Shown: in pieces, positions 1 through 8,763 of the stretch
Numbering within the stretch: position 1 is the first letter of the stretch
Layout: every line of letters begins with the position of its first letter
Virus record (IMG/VR): IMGVR_UViG_3300033067_000664
Location: 1 to 44,298 of that record
Reading direction: 5' to 3' (one strand)
From: a virus
Lineage: Duplodnaviria; Caudoviricetes
DNA length: 44,298 nt
Program-made: the position numbers and the translations under genes
Notes under the pieces: model-generated
What the model was told of the DNA's origin: nothing
What the model saw: only the letters and a program-made list of their open reading frames with translations
The model's database searches: none

Positions 1-101
1 ACGCCGCGGTGAAACTTGGTCGGGCTGACGCTCAGGTACGCCGCCGCCAGGGGCGCCGTCATCCTGCGAGGCCAATGCGGCAATGCAGCCCGCGCCCCCA
101 T
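1..101 (-). CDS. excisionase-like/HTH DNA-binding protein, 5' part only (runs off window)
   Basis: ATG at 101 overlaps the upstream stop; reads MGARAALPHWPRRMTAPLAAAYLSVSPTKFHRG, resembling the wHTH Xis-like genes that precede integrases in alphaproteobacterial prophages. Confidence 0.55.
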   Translation of the reverse strand, partial: MGARAALPHWPRRMTAPLAAAYLSVSPTKFHRG

Positions 102-637
102 CACTTCCCCCTCAGCGCCTCGATGGCGGCTCGGGCCTCTATCCGGCACTCATCTTTCCAAGCATCGTGAAGCTGCTCCCAAGTGGCTTGATCGGGCGTG
201 TGTCCCATCGCCTCGTAGATCGCTCTGCCCACCCGCTCCACGTCCTCGTCGGTCGGCGGGGCGGCAGACTGGGGAACTGGTGAGCCGTCTGCTTTGCCTT
301 GCGTGGTCAGCGATGCGACGCCATTGGTCTCTCGGTCACATGGCCGCCAGATATGCCCGCAGCCGTGACAGAGGTGAGAACGGTGCGGCGGGTTCTCCCA
401 GCGCGTCTCTCGGCCGCTGATCTCCACCGAGGTATGCCCATCGGGGTCCCGCGCGTCAACGTGCTGCAATCCGCACTGCGGACAGAACAGCAACATGTCT
501 ATCGGCGCATCCCGTTCCCGTTCCTGTTCCGCGCGCTCCCTCGCTGCGCGCTCGGCGGTGAGGGCGGATTGGAGGTCGTCTATCTGCTTCTGTAGGCTTC
601 CGGCAAGTGCCATCGCGCTGGAAAACATGTCGGGCAT
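101..637 (-). CDS. hypothetical phage protein with CxxC/HxCxxC metal-binding motifs
   Basis: FCPQCGLQHVD...PPHRSHLCHGCGHIW; tightly packed in the leftward operon. Confidence 0.75.
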   Translation of the reverse strand: MPDMFSSAMALAGSLQKQIDDLQSALTAERAARERAEQERERDAPIDMLLFCPQCGLQHVDARDPDGHTSVEISGRETRWENPPHRSHLCHGCGHIWRPCDRETNGVASLTTQGKADGSPVPQSAAPPTDEDVERVGRAIYEAMGHTPDQATWEQLHDAWKDECRIEARAAIEALRGK

Positions 638-641
638 CGGC

Positions 642-941
642 CTAATCCCCCGCCCCGGCGAGGAGGGCGATGACGTTGTGGATATGCGCTAGTGAGCCGG
701 ACCATTCAGGCGCGCAAAGTGCGCTTTCCAGTTCAGACCTGACCTCCTCCCTGAGCGCGGCGATCTGGCCGGCCTGCGCGACATCCCGGTGCCCCTTCTG
801 GCGGAGAGCCTTGTTATAGCCCTCCCACCACGCCCGGCCGGCCACCGTGTCACGCGGGTACGGGTTCGCCAACTCCTCCGCGTCTCCCCCGGCTGTGAGG
901 GCTTCGAGGCGGGCGGCGGTTTTCTCACCATTCTCCATCAT
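642..941 (-). CDS. hypothetical protein (NPY...WWEGY motif)
   Basis: start trimmed to ATG 941 after a GGAGG RBS. Confidence 0.6.
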   Translation of the reverse strand: MMENGEKTAARLEALTAGGDAEELANPYPRDTVAGRAWWEGYNKALRQKGHRDVAQAGQIAALREEVRSELESALCAPEWSGSLAHIHNVIALLAGAGD

Positions 942-1095
942 CGTCCTCCACCTCGTCGTTGAGGTCTTCTTGCACTGCGCCAGTGCCCTCGCAGACGGGG
1001 CAATCTTCGCCGGGGTCCATCGGGTCACCGTTTCGACCGGACGAATGCACCCGGCCAAGGCCGTAGCAATGGCGACATTCCACGTCGATGATCAT
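925..1095 (-). CDS. small DnaJ-type CxxCxGxG zinc-finger protein
   Basis: CRHCYGLG...CPVCEGTG; ATGA overlap with the upstream gene. Confidence 0.65.
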   Translation of the reverse strand: MIIDVECRHCYGLGRVHSSGRNGDPMDPGEDCPVCEGTGAVQEDLNDEVEDDDGEW

Positions 1096-1301
1096 GGCCG
1101 TTCTCCTATGGGCAGAAGGTTGATGGCGTGGGCGACCTTCTCGGCACGCTTTTCGGCGTCGGGGTCGCAGCCGCATTCGATCAGGTAGCCGTCCGTGAGG
1201 CGGACGTAGTAAATGAAACCCGGCCCCATGTCGGTGACGCGGGCGTTCCTGCAAACCCGGACTTCGTCCCGCAATTCCTGTGCCAGCTTCGCGTCAGCCA
1301 T
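1092..1301 (-). CDS. hypothetical protein
   Basis: ORF with AGGAG RBS, coupled to neighbours. Confidence 0.65.
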   Translation of the reverse strand: MADAKLAQELRDEVRVCRNARVTDMGPGFIYYVRLTDGYLIECGCDPDAEKRAEKVAHAINLLPIGERP

Positions 1302-1473
1302 TGCCGCTCTCCTGCTGGGCGCGGAGGGCCTTGAGGACTTCCGCTTCTACGGAACGAACAACGAGCATCCACTCACTTACGATCAGGCGACCGCTTATGC
1401 TTTGCTGAAGCGACCGCGCAATCCGCTCGACCACTTTATCTTCCAGAGTGACTTTCGGTGCCGAGATATGCAT
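1294..1473 (-). CDS. hypothetical protein (59 aa, absent from ORF track)
   Basis: own translation MHISAPKVTLEDKVVERIARSLQQ...QESGNG; fills the gap between neighbours exactly. Confidence 0.6.
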   Translation of the reverse strand: MHISAPKVTLEDKVVERIARSLQQSISGRLIVSEWMLVVRSVEAEVLKALRAQQESGNG

Positions 1474-2250
1474 CTACCGCTTCTCCCCGTCCGCGCCACC
1501 ATCCGGCTCGCCAGCGGGCGCGGGGAGGTGCTGGGCGGTTTCGTTGCTGGCGCGACAGAGTGCCTCTGCCGGGGTTTCGGTTGTGGGGAACGGCTCACCG
1601 TCGACCAATAGCGTTCCGGTTACCGGCTCAATGCCGAAAGCCTTCATCAGCGGGATGAGGGAATTATGGTTGAACCTCAAAGTGTAGTAGAACCAGCCAC
1701 CTTCGTCCGGCTTCTCGGTAAATTCATCGGCATCGGCAATCAGATCGAGGAACGCCTCCCGCACCGCCGCGACGCCCTTGTTCAGCGCCTCCAGTTGGGC
1801 GATTGTCTCGGCCCATTTCTGGTGCGCGTCCGCAACGGACTTTTCGATGCCATGCTCGAAAGTGTAATGGCCGCCGTCACGATGGATGATGGCCAGCAGT
1901 TCCCGCAACGGGCGAAGTGCTGCGTTCTCCCGCACCGCCGTGACGCCCTTGTTCAGAGCCTCCAGTTGGGCAGCCTGCGCGGTGATGGCGTCGGCGGCTT
2001 CACCCCATAGACCGACTGACTCTCGAAGCTCGGATACCGTGTAAGACGGCTTCCGCAACCGCTCCACGAGGTCCCGGTGCGCGACAGGGGCGGTCAGGCG
2101 CGCGAGTGCGGTTTCCAGGTATTCCGCGCGTTCCTTGTTGCGGTCCGCCTTATCATCAGCGCCCTTGGCACGGTGCCCGGCCTCGTACTCACGAAACCAC
2201 GCAGCAGCCTGCTTGATGGCCTTCGCGGCATCGAATTTCTCAGTCGTCAT
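1474..2250 (-). CDS. mosaic hypothetical protein with internal duplication
   Basis: 258-aa ORF; AQLEALNKGVxAVRE occurs twice. Confidence 0.75.
   Translation of the reverse strand: MTTEKFDAAKAIKQAAAWFREYEAGHRAKGADDKADRNKERAEYLETALARLTAPVAHRDLVERLRKPSYTVSELRESVGLWGEAADAITAQAAQLEALNKGVTAVRENAALRPLRELLAIIHRDGGHYTFEHGIEKSVADAHQKWAETIAQLEALNKGVAAVREAFLDLIADADEFTEKPDEGGWFYYTLRFNHNSLIPLMKAFGIEPVTGTLLVDGEPFPTTETPAEALCRASNETAQHLPAPAGEPDGGADGEKR
1756..1971. repeat. 45-bp direct repeat pair (1756-1800, 1927-1971; 43/45 identical)
   Basis: ctcccgcaccgccg(c/t)gacgcccttgttcag(c/a)gcctccagttgggc, 171 bp apart (in frame). Confidence 0.9.
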
Positions 2251-2253
2251 GGC

Positions 2254-2520
2254 TCAATCCAATCCTGTTTCAGGCGGCGCTTCGCGCACCAGCCTGGCCA
2301 TATCCTCGAAAGCGCGCGCTAGGCTTTCACGGCGCTCAACCGACTTGGGTAGCCAGAAAGTCACAGCGCTGCGGTCATCGTCCTGCGGCGGATGGTGCAA
2401 CATTGGGCTGCTGTGAAGCATGAGTTGCACGGCGCTGTACGTAAGGCCGGTGTTGCTGATCTTCGAAAACAGGTGCGTTTCGTCGGTCAATTCCTGGCTG
2501 TAGACGTTAATTCGCATCAC
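2254..2520 (-). CDS. hypothetical protein
   Basis: MRINVYSQEL...DDDRSAVTFWLP; coupled overlap. Confidence 0.75.
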   Translation of the reverse strand: MMRINVYSQELTDETHLFSKISNTGLTYSAVQLMLHSSPMLHHPPQDDDRSAVTFWLPKSVERRESLARAFEDMARLVREAPPETGLD

Positions 2521-2897
2521 GCCCCTCCCTTGGCCGGCAGTGCGCGGGCTTTCAGTGCAAGGTCGCGCAGGTGAACCAGGAACCCAATGGTATCTACGCC
2601 GTCCGGTCGATCAGAGGCGTCCACCACGTTTTGCACAAAGGCCCGCAGCGCCTCGTTCTCAGCCAGCAGGCGCTCGCATTCGGCGGATAGAGCCGGCACG
2701 CCTTCTCGCGCGAAGGCGATGAAGCGGGCGTTGGCCTCCGTCTCGTCCTCGCTGCGAAGCTTGGTTGGCCAGAGCATTTGGCAGATAGGCGCGTCAATGC
2801 CGCCAACGTCGACCTGGGCGCGGAACGGGTTGACCAGCCACTTGCCGCCCGTCACGCCCTTCACCGCGTCTTTGGCCCGCTGCACGATGTTGCTCAT
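2517..2897 (-). CDS. Ead/Ea22-like hypothetical protein
   Basis: T.GKW...EANARFIAFARE.VPAL motif typical of Ead/Ea22-like phage proteins. Confidence 0.55.
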   Translation of the reverse strand: MSNIVQRAKDAVKGVTGGKWLVNPFRAQVDVGGIDAPICQMLWPTKLRSEDETEANARFIAFAREGVPALSAECERLLAENEALRAFVQNVVDASDRPDGVDTIGFLVHLRDLALKARALPAKGGA

Positions 2898-3247
2898 TCC
2901 CCGTCCCTCACGATCTCGACCGCGTGCAACTTGCCGTCGTGGAAAACGCGGTGCTCGATGGCTCCATCCCAAGGGAGTGCCCGCACCTCAGCCAACGATG
3001 AGTAGCCCCATTCGGGACGCGCTGGACCCCACCGCTCGGTGACCTCGGGCTCGTGGCGCTCGATGGTCAGGAGGGGGCTCGATGCAGTGTAATGCGCGCC
3101 GAAGTTCATCCGGTCCTGACGCGTGCTGTCGTACCGAATTTTCACATCGTGGGGCGAATGGACGAACACATCTGTCACCACCCCGTGGTTAATGATGTGG
3201 TCCCCGACCCGCAGATCGGACGCCGGGATCGTTAGGGTTTTAGGCAT
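2894..3247 (-). CDS. hypothetical protein
   Basis: ORF with AGGAG RBS, overlapping neighbours. Confidence 0.65.
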   Translation of the reverse strand: MPKTLTIPASDLRVGDHIINHGVVTDVFVHSPHDVKIRYDSTRQDRMNFGAHYTASSPLLTIERHEPEVTERWGPARPEWGYSSLAEVRALPWDGAIEHRVFHDGKLHAVEIVRDGE

Positions 3248-3437
3248 CGGGGTTCTCCTTGGACAAATGGCCCATCAGAATCGTCGACTTTCCGCGATCT
3301 CCGCAGGAAGGGCATCCGGCCTTGATGATCGCCTTCATGGACGCCTGCCAGACTTCCATCGCGGCATCGACCACCATTTCACCGTGCCACTCGTGCTTGC
3401 ATTTTTTGCAGGTGAGCGGCTGTTGCTGGATTCTCAT
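3240..3437 (-). CDS. small zinc-ribbon protein
   Basis: CKKC...CPSC. Confidence 0.6.
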   Translation of the reverse strand: MRIQQQPLTCKKCKHEWHGEMVVDAAMEVWQASMKAIIKAGCPSCGDRGKSTILMGHLSKENPDA

Positions 3438-3622
3438 TGACCAGACTCCGCTCGTTTGATCGCGCGCCGCATCCGACTAAGAACGGCAGTTTCATAATCC
3501 GCCGCGCCATCGAAATGCCCGTCTCCCGGCGCTTCGAGCCAGTTGATCCAGTCCTGACATGCGGCGAGCAAGTCTCGCGCCGCATCCTGTGAAATAGGCT
3601 TCTGCTTTGCATCAATTCCCAT
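3434..3622 (-). CDS. hypothetical protein
   Basis: AARDLLAAC...RRAIKRAE motif; GGAGGAG RBS. Confidence 0.6.
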   Translation of the reverse strand: MGIDAKQKPISQDAARDLLAACQDWINWLEAPGDGHFDGAADYETAVLSRMRRAIKRAESGQ

Positions 3623-3995
3623 GCGCAATCTCCTCCAGGGCGGTGGCCACGTCGCGGCCGGTCGCCAGACACCAGCGGAGGTATTTCATCTCGCTGAGCG
3701 CCTTCACGGCCTCCATGCAAAGCCATGGATCTTCGTTGAATGTGGCCTGCCAGAAATGAGCCTGGTTGCCGGAATCACACTTCAGATGAAGGTCATGGCG
3801 AAGGGGGAGGCAGTGCCAGATGTTGGCTTTCATGCCCCTTGCGAAGTTCCCGAAACTGATGTGCGAAGGGTCTACGGACTGGTCGCCCATCTCGCTGTAT
3901 TCGAAACCTGAGACGACGCAGGGCTGATTGCGCAGGTAGCGGCGGTAGGCTTCGTTATCGACGCTCGGGCGCCGGAAGTTGGCCAGCCTGTTCAT
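3612..3995 (-). CDS. DUF968/HNHc-like putative nuclease
   Basis: YRRYLRNQPCVVSG...DPSH...CLPLRHDLH pattern; lies next to ssb/erf. Confidence 0.55.
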   Translation of the reverse strand: MNRLANFRRPSVDNEAYRRYLRNQPCVVSGFEYSEMGDQSVDPSHISFGNFARGMKANIWHCLPLRHDLHLKCDSGNQAHFWQATFNEDPWLCMEAVKALSEMKYLRWCLATGRDVATALEEIAHGN

Positions 3996-4453
3996 CGGAT
4001 CATCTCCCGATGCTCATAGGACCAAACGAGGTCGTTGAAGCGCTTCAGGGCCTCGGGGTTGGTGCGGAACTCGGTGGTTGACTGGACGCCGCAGCGTTTG
4101 CGGATCGCACCCAGCGGCCCGCTGTGGTCGTCAGCGAGGACAAATGGCGTCGCACCAATCCATTTTTGGAATTCTGGGTTGTCAGCGAGGATGTGTGCCT
4201 TCGCTATCGCCTTGTCGGCCGGCGTCTTGTCCCGGCGCGCATCCTCGGGCGAGGCTGGCTGTTCATCGTCTCCAATGAGGGTGACGGCGATCATGACGCG
4301 CTGGCCGTTCTTGCCGCTTGCGTAGGCTTTGAATGGATGCTCACCGTCTTCGTCGAAGAGCTGGAGCGTCACGGTGCGGCCGTTCGCGCTATCGCCCCAG
4401 CGGAGCAACATCGCCTCATTGGCGTAGATTGTGGCTTGCTTGATGCTGGCCAT
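3992..4453 (-). CDS. hypothetical protein
   Basis: true start likely ATG 4453 overlapping the ssb stop (MASIKQATIYANEA...). Confidence 0.7.
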   Translation of the reverse strand: MASIKQATIYANEAMLLRWGDSANGRTVTLQLFDEDGEHPFKAYASGKNGQRVMIAVTLIGDDEQPASPEDARRDKTPADKAIAKAHILADNPEFQKWIGATPFVLADDHSGPLGAIRKRCGVQSTTEFRTNPEALKRFNDLVWSYEHREMIR

Positions 4454-4881
4454 CAGAAGGGTATCCGCTCCCCATCGTCGTCCGCAGAGGTGTGCGAGGC
4501 CGTAGAGCGGCCATCCTCGTTGCCGCCGCCCTTCGGGCCGTCCAGCATCACCAGCTCGCCACGAAACTTCTGCATGACGACTTCGGTGACATATTTGTCG
4601 GCGCCGTCCTTGTCGGTGTATTTTCGGGTTTGCAGTGCACCCTCCAGGTAAACCTTGGAGCCTTTGCGAAGGAACTTCTCGGCGACCTCGGCAAGGTTCT
4701 CGTTGAAGATCACAACGGCATGCCAGGTTGTGCGCTCTTGACGCTCGCCCGATTGGCGGTCGCGCCAAGTCTCGGAAGTGGCAACATTCAGGCTGACCAC
4801 CTTGCCGCCGTTGTTCAGTGAGCGAACCTCAGGGTCGCGCCCCAAATTCCCCACCAAAATGACTTTGTTTACCGATGACAT
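4453..4881 (-). CDS. ssb: single-stranded DNA-binding protein
   Basis: SVNKVILVGNLGRDPEVR...WHAVVIF...KGSKVYLEGALQTRK, acidic tail ending IPF. Confidence 0.97.
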   Translation of the reverse strand: MSSVNKVILVGNLGRDPEVRSLNNGGKVVSLNVATSETWRDRQSGERQERTTWHAVVIFNENLAEVAEKFLRKGSKVYLEGALQTRKYTDKDGADKYVTEVVMQKFRGELVMLDGPKGGGNEDGRSTASHTSADDDGERIPF

Positions 4882-4930
4882 TTTGAGCCTTTCTGGCGGC
4901 CGACCACCGAAGCAGCCGGCCGCCTATCTG

Positions 4931-5620
4931 TTAGGGATTGGGAGGATCGAATTCGTTGGTGTTCTGCGGCGGCTTTTCCATCGTGTCCGCGAAGCGAAGC
5001 AGGAACTCGTAGGCGCTCTCGGATGCGTCTTTGATTTCCTTCAGGACTACGCCATTGGCAGCGAGCACCGCCTGTGTGCCACCTGTGCCGGCCTTCTTCA
5101 GTTCCTTGCGGATGCGCTCGGCCTCGGCCTGCAAGTCCTTCTTGGCGGGCTCGTTGACCCGAACCATGGCGTCGGGCTTGATATCATCGCCGTCTTTGTC
5201 GCCAGTGGGGATCTGGAACAGCGACCGCATGAAGGTCTTGAGCGCGTAGGACTGTGCCGCGCCAAATGTCTGCGGGCCGGTAATCTGGATCAGCAGGCGG
5301 CGCGTGATTGGCTTATCCCATACCACGCCCGATGCATGGCAGAGGTAGAAGCGGTATTCCTGCAGAAGAGTAGTGGATTCCTTGCCAGTCGAAGTCTTGG
5401 TATCGATCAGCTTGGTTTCACCTTCGTCCTGCACTATAATGAGCCCAGCATCCGCGCAAAGCGGGTTCACCAGCTCTATGAAATCGTCAACGCTTACGAA
5501 GTTATAGCCGCCATGGGCGTTCTTGTTGTCCTTGGCCAACTTGTCAATCCCGCCCATCACTTTACTGATGGCTTCGGAAATCGCCTTTGGCATTATAGGG
5601 TTTTGAGCGTCAGCAGCCAT
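4931..5620 (-). CDS. erf: ERF-family ssDNA annealing protein
   Basis: KDNKNAHGGYNFVSVDD...PQTFGAAQSYALKTFMRSLFQIPTGDKD; adjacent to ssb. Confidence 0.8.
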   Translation of the reverse strand: MAADAQNPIMPKAISEAISKVMGGIDKLAKDNKNAHGGYNFVSVDDFIELVNPLCADAGLIIVQDEGETKLIDTKTSTGKESTTLLQEYRFYLCHASGVVWDKPITRRLLIQITGPQTFGAAQSYALKTFMRSLFQIPTGDKDGDDIKPDAMVRVNEPAKKDLQAEAERIRKELKKAGTGGTQAVLAANGVVLKEIKDASESAYEFLLRFADTMEKPPQNTNEFDPPNP

Positions 5621-5886
5621 TGGAATTCTTCCTCGTCAATCGGGTGAAGCCATTCCCAGCGCTCGAAAACATCGAACGTGTAGAAGGCGAAAGGGTTGTG
5701 CGGATCAGGATTCCATTCGCCGCACCATTTCTGATCTTCCATAAGCTCGCCGGCTTCATCGCGCTCTCCGTCCCGAAGCCACACGCGAACTGGGCACCAG
5801 GGGCCACGCTTCCTCGCCCGCATCTTGAAGAACCCCGCCTGAGGCTCCCCAGCAATCTTCACCATTGCAGAGCTTCCAGCACTCAT
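5593..5886 (-). CDS. hypothetical protein
   Basis: EPQAGFFKMR..KRGPWCPVRVW; typical neighbour of the recombination module. Confidence 0.65.
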   Translation of the reverse strand: MSAGSSAMVKIAGEPQAGFFKMRARKRGPWCPVRVWLRDGERDEAGELMEDQKWCGEWNPDPHNPFAFYTFDVFERWEWLHPIDEEEFQWLLTLKTL

Positions 5887-6104
5887 CGGCCCGCCCCTCG
5901 GCAATTAATTGGCGTTCGGCCTCGCGGCATCGAGGACAGGTCACCGGTAGATCCTCGCGTGCGGCACATCCTTGTGAATGACCGTGGCGCCCTCGCGCAC
6001 GTCCACGAACAGCTCCCCGTCCTTTGTGCAGCTGCCTACAATGGTGCCGGAGACATCACGCTCGTTGATCCGGGCGACGACGGGCTTGCCGTGAAGGTCG
6101 GTTC

Positions 6105-6290
6105 TCAAAGCAAATTCCCTTTCTGCTGCTGGCGCCTGATGTACAAATCGACATGCCTGCGTCTTTCGTGGTCCAGCGCACCCTTGGGCATGCTTTCCCC
6201 ACAAGCTGGGCACCGCGGTTCTGCCTTGGCCTCACGCTTGGCGCGTTCACGGCGGAAGGCGGCTAAGCTGGGGCGGTCGTGTTCGGTCAC
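6105..6290 (-). CDS. small hypothetical protein (CPAC)
   Basis: ORF track; part of a chain of small overlapping ORFs at 5941-7270. Confidence 0.5.
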   Translation of the reverse strand: MTEHDRPSLAAFRRERAKREAKAEPRCPACGESMPKGALDHERRRHVDLYIRRQQQKGNLL

Positions 6291-6548
6291 TGCACCGCGC
6301 CCTTAAGGATGAAATCGGCATACTTCTTGGCCAATTCGCGCGAGTTGAAACTACTTCGGTTGTGCGCCATGAATTCGATTGCCAGTTCCAGCGCGCGCTC
6401 CCGCACGGCCCGAACGTCATCGTAGGGTCCGGCGACCAGTTGCCAGTTCTTCCAGCTCCTCATATCGCCCTCACCAGCGCATAGGTGACCCCATAGACCG
6501 CCACACTGAAGGCGATAGCGACGAGCCAGACGTTGATGCCTAGCCAGT

Positions 6549-6800
6549 TCATCGCGCGCACTCCATGATGTGCCGGCGCTTCATGACCATCGCCTTGGCC
6601 TGGCGGACCAGCTTGGCGGCGTCGGCAAGTTCTCCCGATTGCTTGGCAAGTTCGTCGAGGCACAGGATGAAGTCGTCAGCCTCGTTCTCGGCGCGTTCCA
6701 GGTCGTCGATGAATTCCATGTCCCGTTCGCGCTCGGCTTCACGCTCGGCACGCGAGAGCACATCGCCCTCTGTGCAGAAGGTCGGGGGTTCGTACCTCAT
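6549..6800 (-). CDS. hypothetical protein
   Basis: start trimmed to MRYEPPTF; ATGA coupling. Confidence 0.6.
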   Translation of the reverse strand: MRYEPPTFCTEGDVLSRAEREAERERDMEFIDDLERAENEADDFILCLDELAKQSGELADAAKLVRQAKAMVMKRRHIMECAR

Positions 6801-6991
6801 GCCGCGCTCCCGTCCTCGTCGTACTGGCCGGCATCTGCGGACCTGAATGCATTGGCAAGGTCGTGCCCAAGCTGGTTCTTCAGCATCCGGCGCAGGTTGA
6901 TGGCGTCGAAGTTGATGATCTTCGCGTCGCGCTTGTCGGTCGGCAGCGGGGTCGGATTTACGTCCGAGGGCGTGTCGTCCCAAGCGCTCAT
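6797..6991 (-). CDS. hypothetical protein
   Basis: ORF track; coupled to the downstream gene. Confidence 0.55.
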   Translation of the reverse strand: MSAWDDTPSDVNPTPLPTDKRDAKIINFDAINLRRMLKNQLGHDLANAFRSADAGQYDEDGSAA

Positions 6992-7266
6992 CTACCACCC
7001 CCACTCTTGAGGAGAAAAACTAGGCCGATGCAAAGGCCGATCAGGAATGCTTCCCAGTTGATTTCAGGCACCGGTCAACCCCATCGCTTCAGCCGCGCTA
7101 CAGGCGGACGCCACGTTCGGGTAGATGCCCTCCCACATCGCGACGACCTTCAGGTGCGCGCCGCGACTGGTGACCTCTATGGGAAGCAGCCGGTAAGCCA
7201 CCTCGCTCTCAATGGGTTCGGGGGCGAGAGGGATGCCCGGTAGCCCTAGCTGTGCAGGCGCGGCGC

Positions 7267-7914
7267 TCATGCGGCGACTCCTTCCATGTATTCGCGGAAG
7301 CGGTTGCGCTGCCATTCGAGTTCGGCGGCCCACGCGGCGTCCCTCGCGGCGTCCCTCGCGGCGGCCCTCGCGGCGGCCCACGCGGCGTCCATCGCGGCGG
7401 CCCTCGCGGCGTCCCTCGCGGCGTCCATCGCGGCGGCCCACGCGGCGTCCATCGCGGCGTCCATCGCGGCGTCCATCGCGGCGTCCATCGCGGCGTCCAT
7501 CGCGGCGGCGTCTATCTTGCCTTCGGCAAATAGCCTCGCCGCTTCGATTGCCTTGCGCGGCCGATCGTCATTCGGGTGATCCCGCTCGAAAATGTGCAGG
7601 GCGCGCTCGGCACAGTCGGCAGCAAACAGCCGAAGCGTGCGCTCGTTGATGGTATCGATACGGCGGACAAGCCGGGCGCGGCGGACGCAAATCTTGTCGT
7701 CGTGGTCGACCCGGTCGCCCTCGTATTCGACTTCCCAGAGTTCGTCCTGGATATATTCTCCGACGATCTGGGCTTCGGTGACGAGGTGGTATCCGTTCTC
7801 GCACATGAGGAGGCCGCCCTCGACGGGCACGGTCCACTCCCCCGCTTCGGGCCACTGGTAATCGGTGAAGCCGCCCGTGCGGTCCTTCCTCAGCCACTTG
7901 TATGTCTTGCTCAT
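7267..7914 (-). CDS. DUF7666-like/Imm5-like protein with Ala-rich tetrapeptide repeats
   Basis: CENGYH...DKICVRRARLVR; RLFAADCAERALHIFE...DDRPRKAIEAAR; AAMD/AARD/AAWA repeats. Confidence 0.75.
   Translation of the reverse strand: MSKTYKWLRKDRTGGFTDYQWPEAGEWTVPVEGGLLMCENGYHLVTEAQIVGEYIQDELWEVEYEGDRVDHDDKICVRRARLVRRIDTINERTLRLFAADCAERALHIFERDHPNDDRPRKAIEAARLFAEGKIDAAAMDAAMDAAMDAAMDAAMDAAWAAAMDAARDAARAAAMDAAWAAARAAARDAARDAAWAAELEWQRNRFREYMEGVAA
7322..7510. repeat. 12-bp tandem repeat array, about 15 units of cgcggcg(t/g)cc(at/ct/ca)
   Basis: directly visible; in frame within the 7267-7914 CDS. Confidence 0.95.
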
Positions 7915-8237
7915 TGGGCGCTCCTTACAGGGGTGGTGGCGGCGAGAAGGGCCTCAAGAAGCAGGCCGCGAACGTCGACCGCGTCATCAACGCCGCCCAA
8001 GAAATCGAACGCCACGTCGCAGGCCCTCACCAACAGTGGCGCCGCCAGCACCAGCGCGAAGTTCGCCTCGTACTCCGGTGAGCCGATGTACATACGGCCC
8101 AGCTCGATGCTCTTGCCGTTCGGGCTGGCGAAGATCCCCGCCGTCATCCCGTAGCGCCGATTGCGCTTGCCGGGCAGCCATGGGCCGGGCGTGAAGAGGA
8201 AGTCCATCACGCGGCCCTCAACGTGTGTGCGCCACAT
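7911..8237 (-). CDS. hypothetical protein (FTPGPW...EANFALVLAAP motif)
   Basis: common phage early-gene motif; exact start uncertain. Confidence 0.6.
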   Translation of the reverse strand: MWRTHVEGRVMDFLFTPGPWLPGKRNRRYGMTAGIFASPNGKSIELGRMYIGSPEYEANFALVLAAPLLVRACDVAFDFLGGVDDAVDVRGLLLEALLAATTPVRSAQ

Positions 8238-8488
8238 GTCGGGCACTTCTTCGCACGAGGCTGCCGGGCGGAGGTTACCGCCTCTTGCCGGTCGCGCTCG
8301 ATCTGGAAAAGCCCCCGCGTCAGATAAAGGCCGCACCGCACGTTGTAATGCTCTGGGTGGGCGTCCCATGCTTCCTGCCACCCTTCCGGGCCTTCGGGCT
8401 CATATCCAACCAGTTTGATTACGTCGCGGATCAGGCCGTCGATCTGCCGGTCTATGCGGGCAATCTCCTGACGTGGCGTCATGGTCAT
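8207..8488 (-). CDS. first gene of the leftward early operon, hypothetical
   Basis: AGGAG RBS; downstream of the PL-like promoter. Confidence 0.65.
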   Translation of the reverse strand: MTMTPRQEIARIDRQIDGLIRDVIKLVGYEPEGPEGWQEAWDAHPEHYNVRCGLYLTRGLFQIERDRQEAVTSARQPRAKKCPTCGAHTLRAA

Positions 8489-8532
8489 CTGCGTGTCTCC
8501 TATCGGGGGAGCGTCGGGCTCCTGATAGGTGG

Positions 8533-8605
8533 AATATATGCGAATACGAATATGCCTGCAAGCATTATTATTCGATCACGAATGAGAAAATTATTCGTTG
8601 CGAAC
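8533..8605 (-). promoter_or_regulatory. PL-like promoter with OL-like operators
   Basis: minus strand TTGCAG-N17-TATATT; palindromes ATGCGaataCGAAT (8538-8551) and ATTCGatcaCGAAT (8570-8583). Confidence 0.75.
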
Positions 8606-8733
8606 CCAAAAACGCATTTTATGCAATTTTGATTGCATCTGCATGGGATGTCCCACAGGGAAAACACCAAAGTGGGTACGAGAGTGATTCGGTGTGGTTT
8701 AAAACGCCCGTTACAGACAGCGTTGCCGGAAAG

Positions 8734-8742
8734 TTATCCACA
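8734..8742 (+). promoter_or_regulatory. consensus DnaA box
   Basis: TTATCCACA in the intergenic region just after the cI stop. Confidence 0.45.
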
Positions 8743-8763
8743 GGGGAGGCCGCGAATCGGCGC

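Noticed and set aside
7322-7510. Repeat array as CRISPR or DGR
   Set aside because: No spacers, cas genes or reverse transcriptase; it is an in-frame coding tandem repeat
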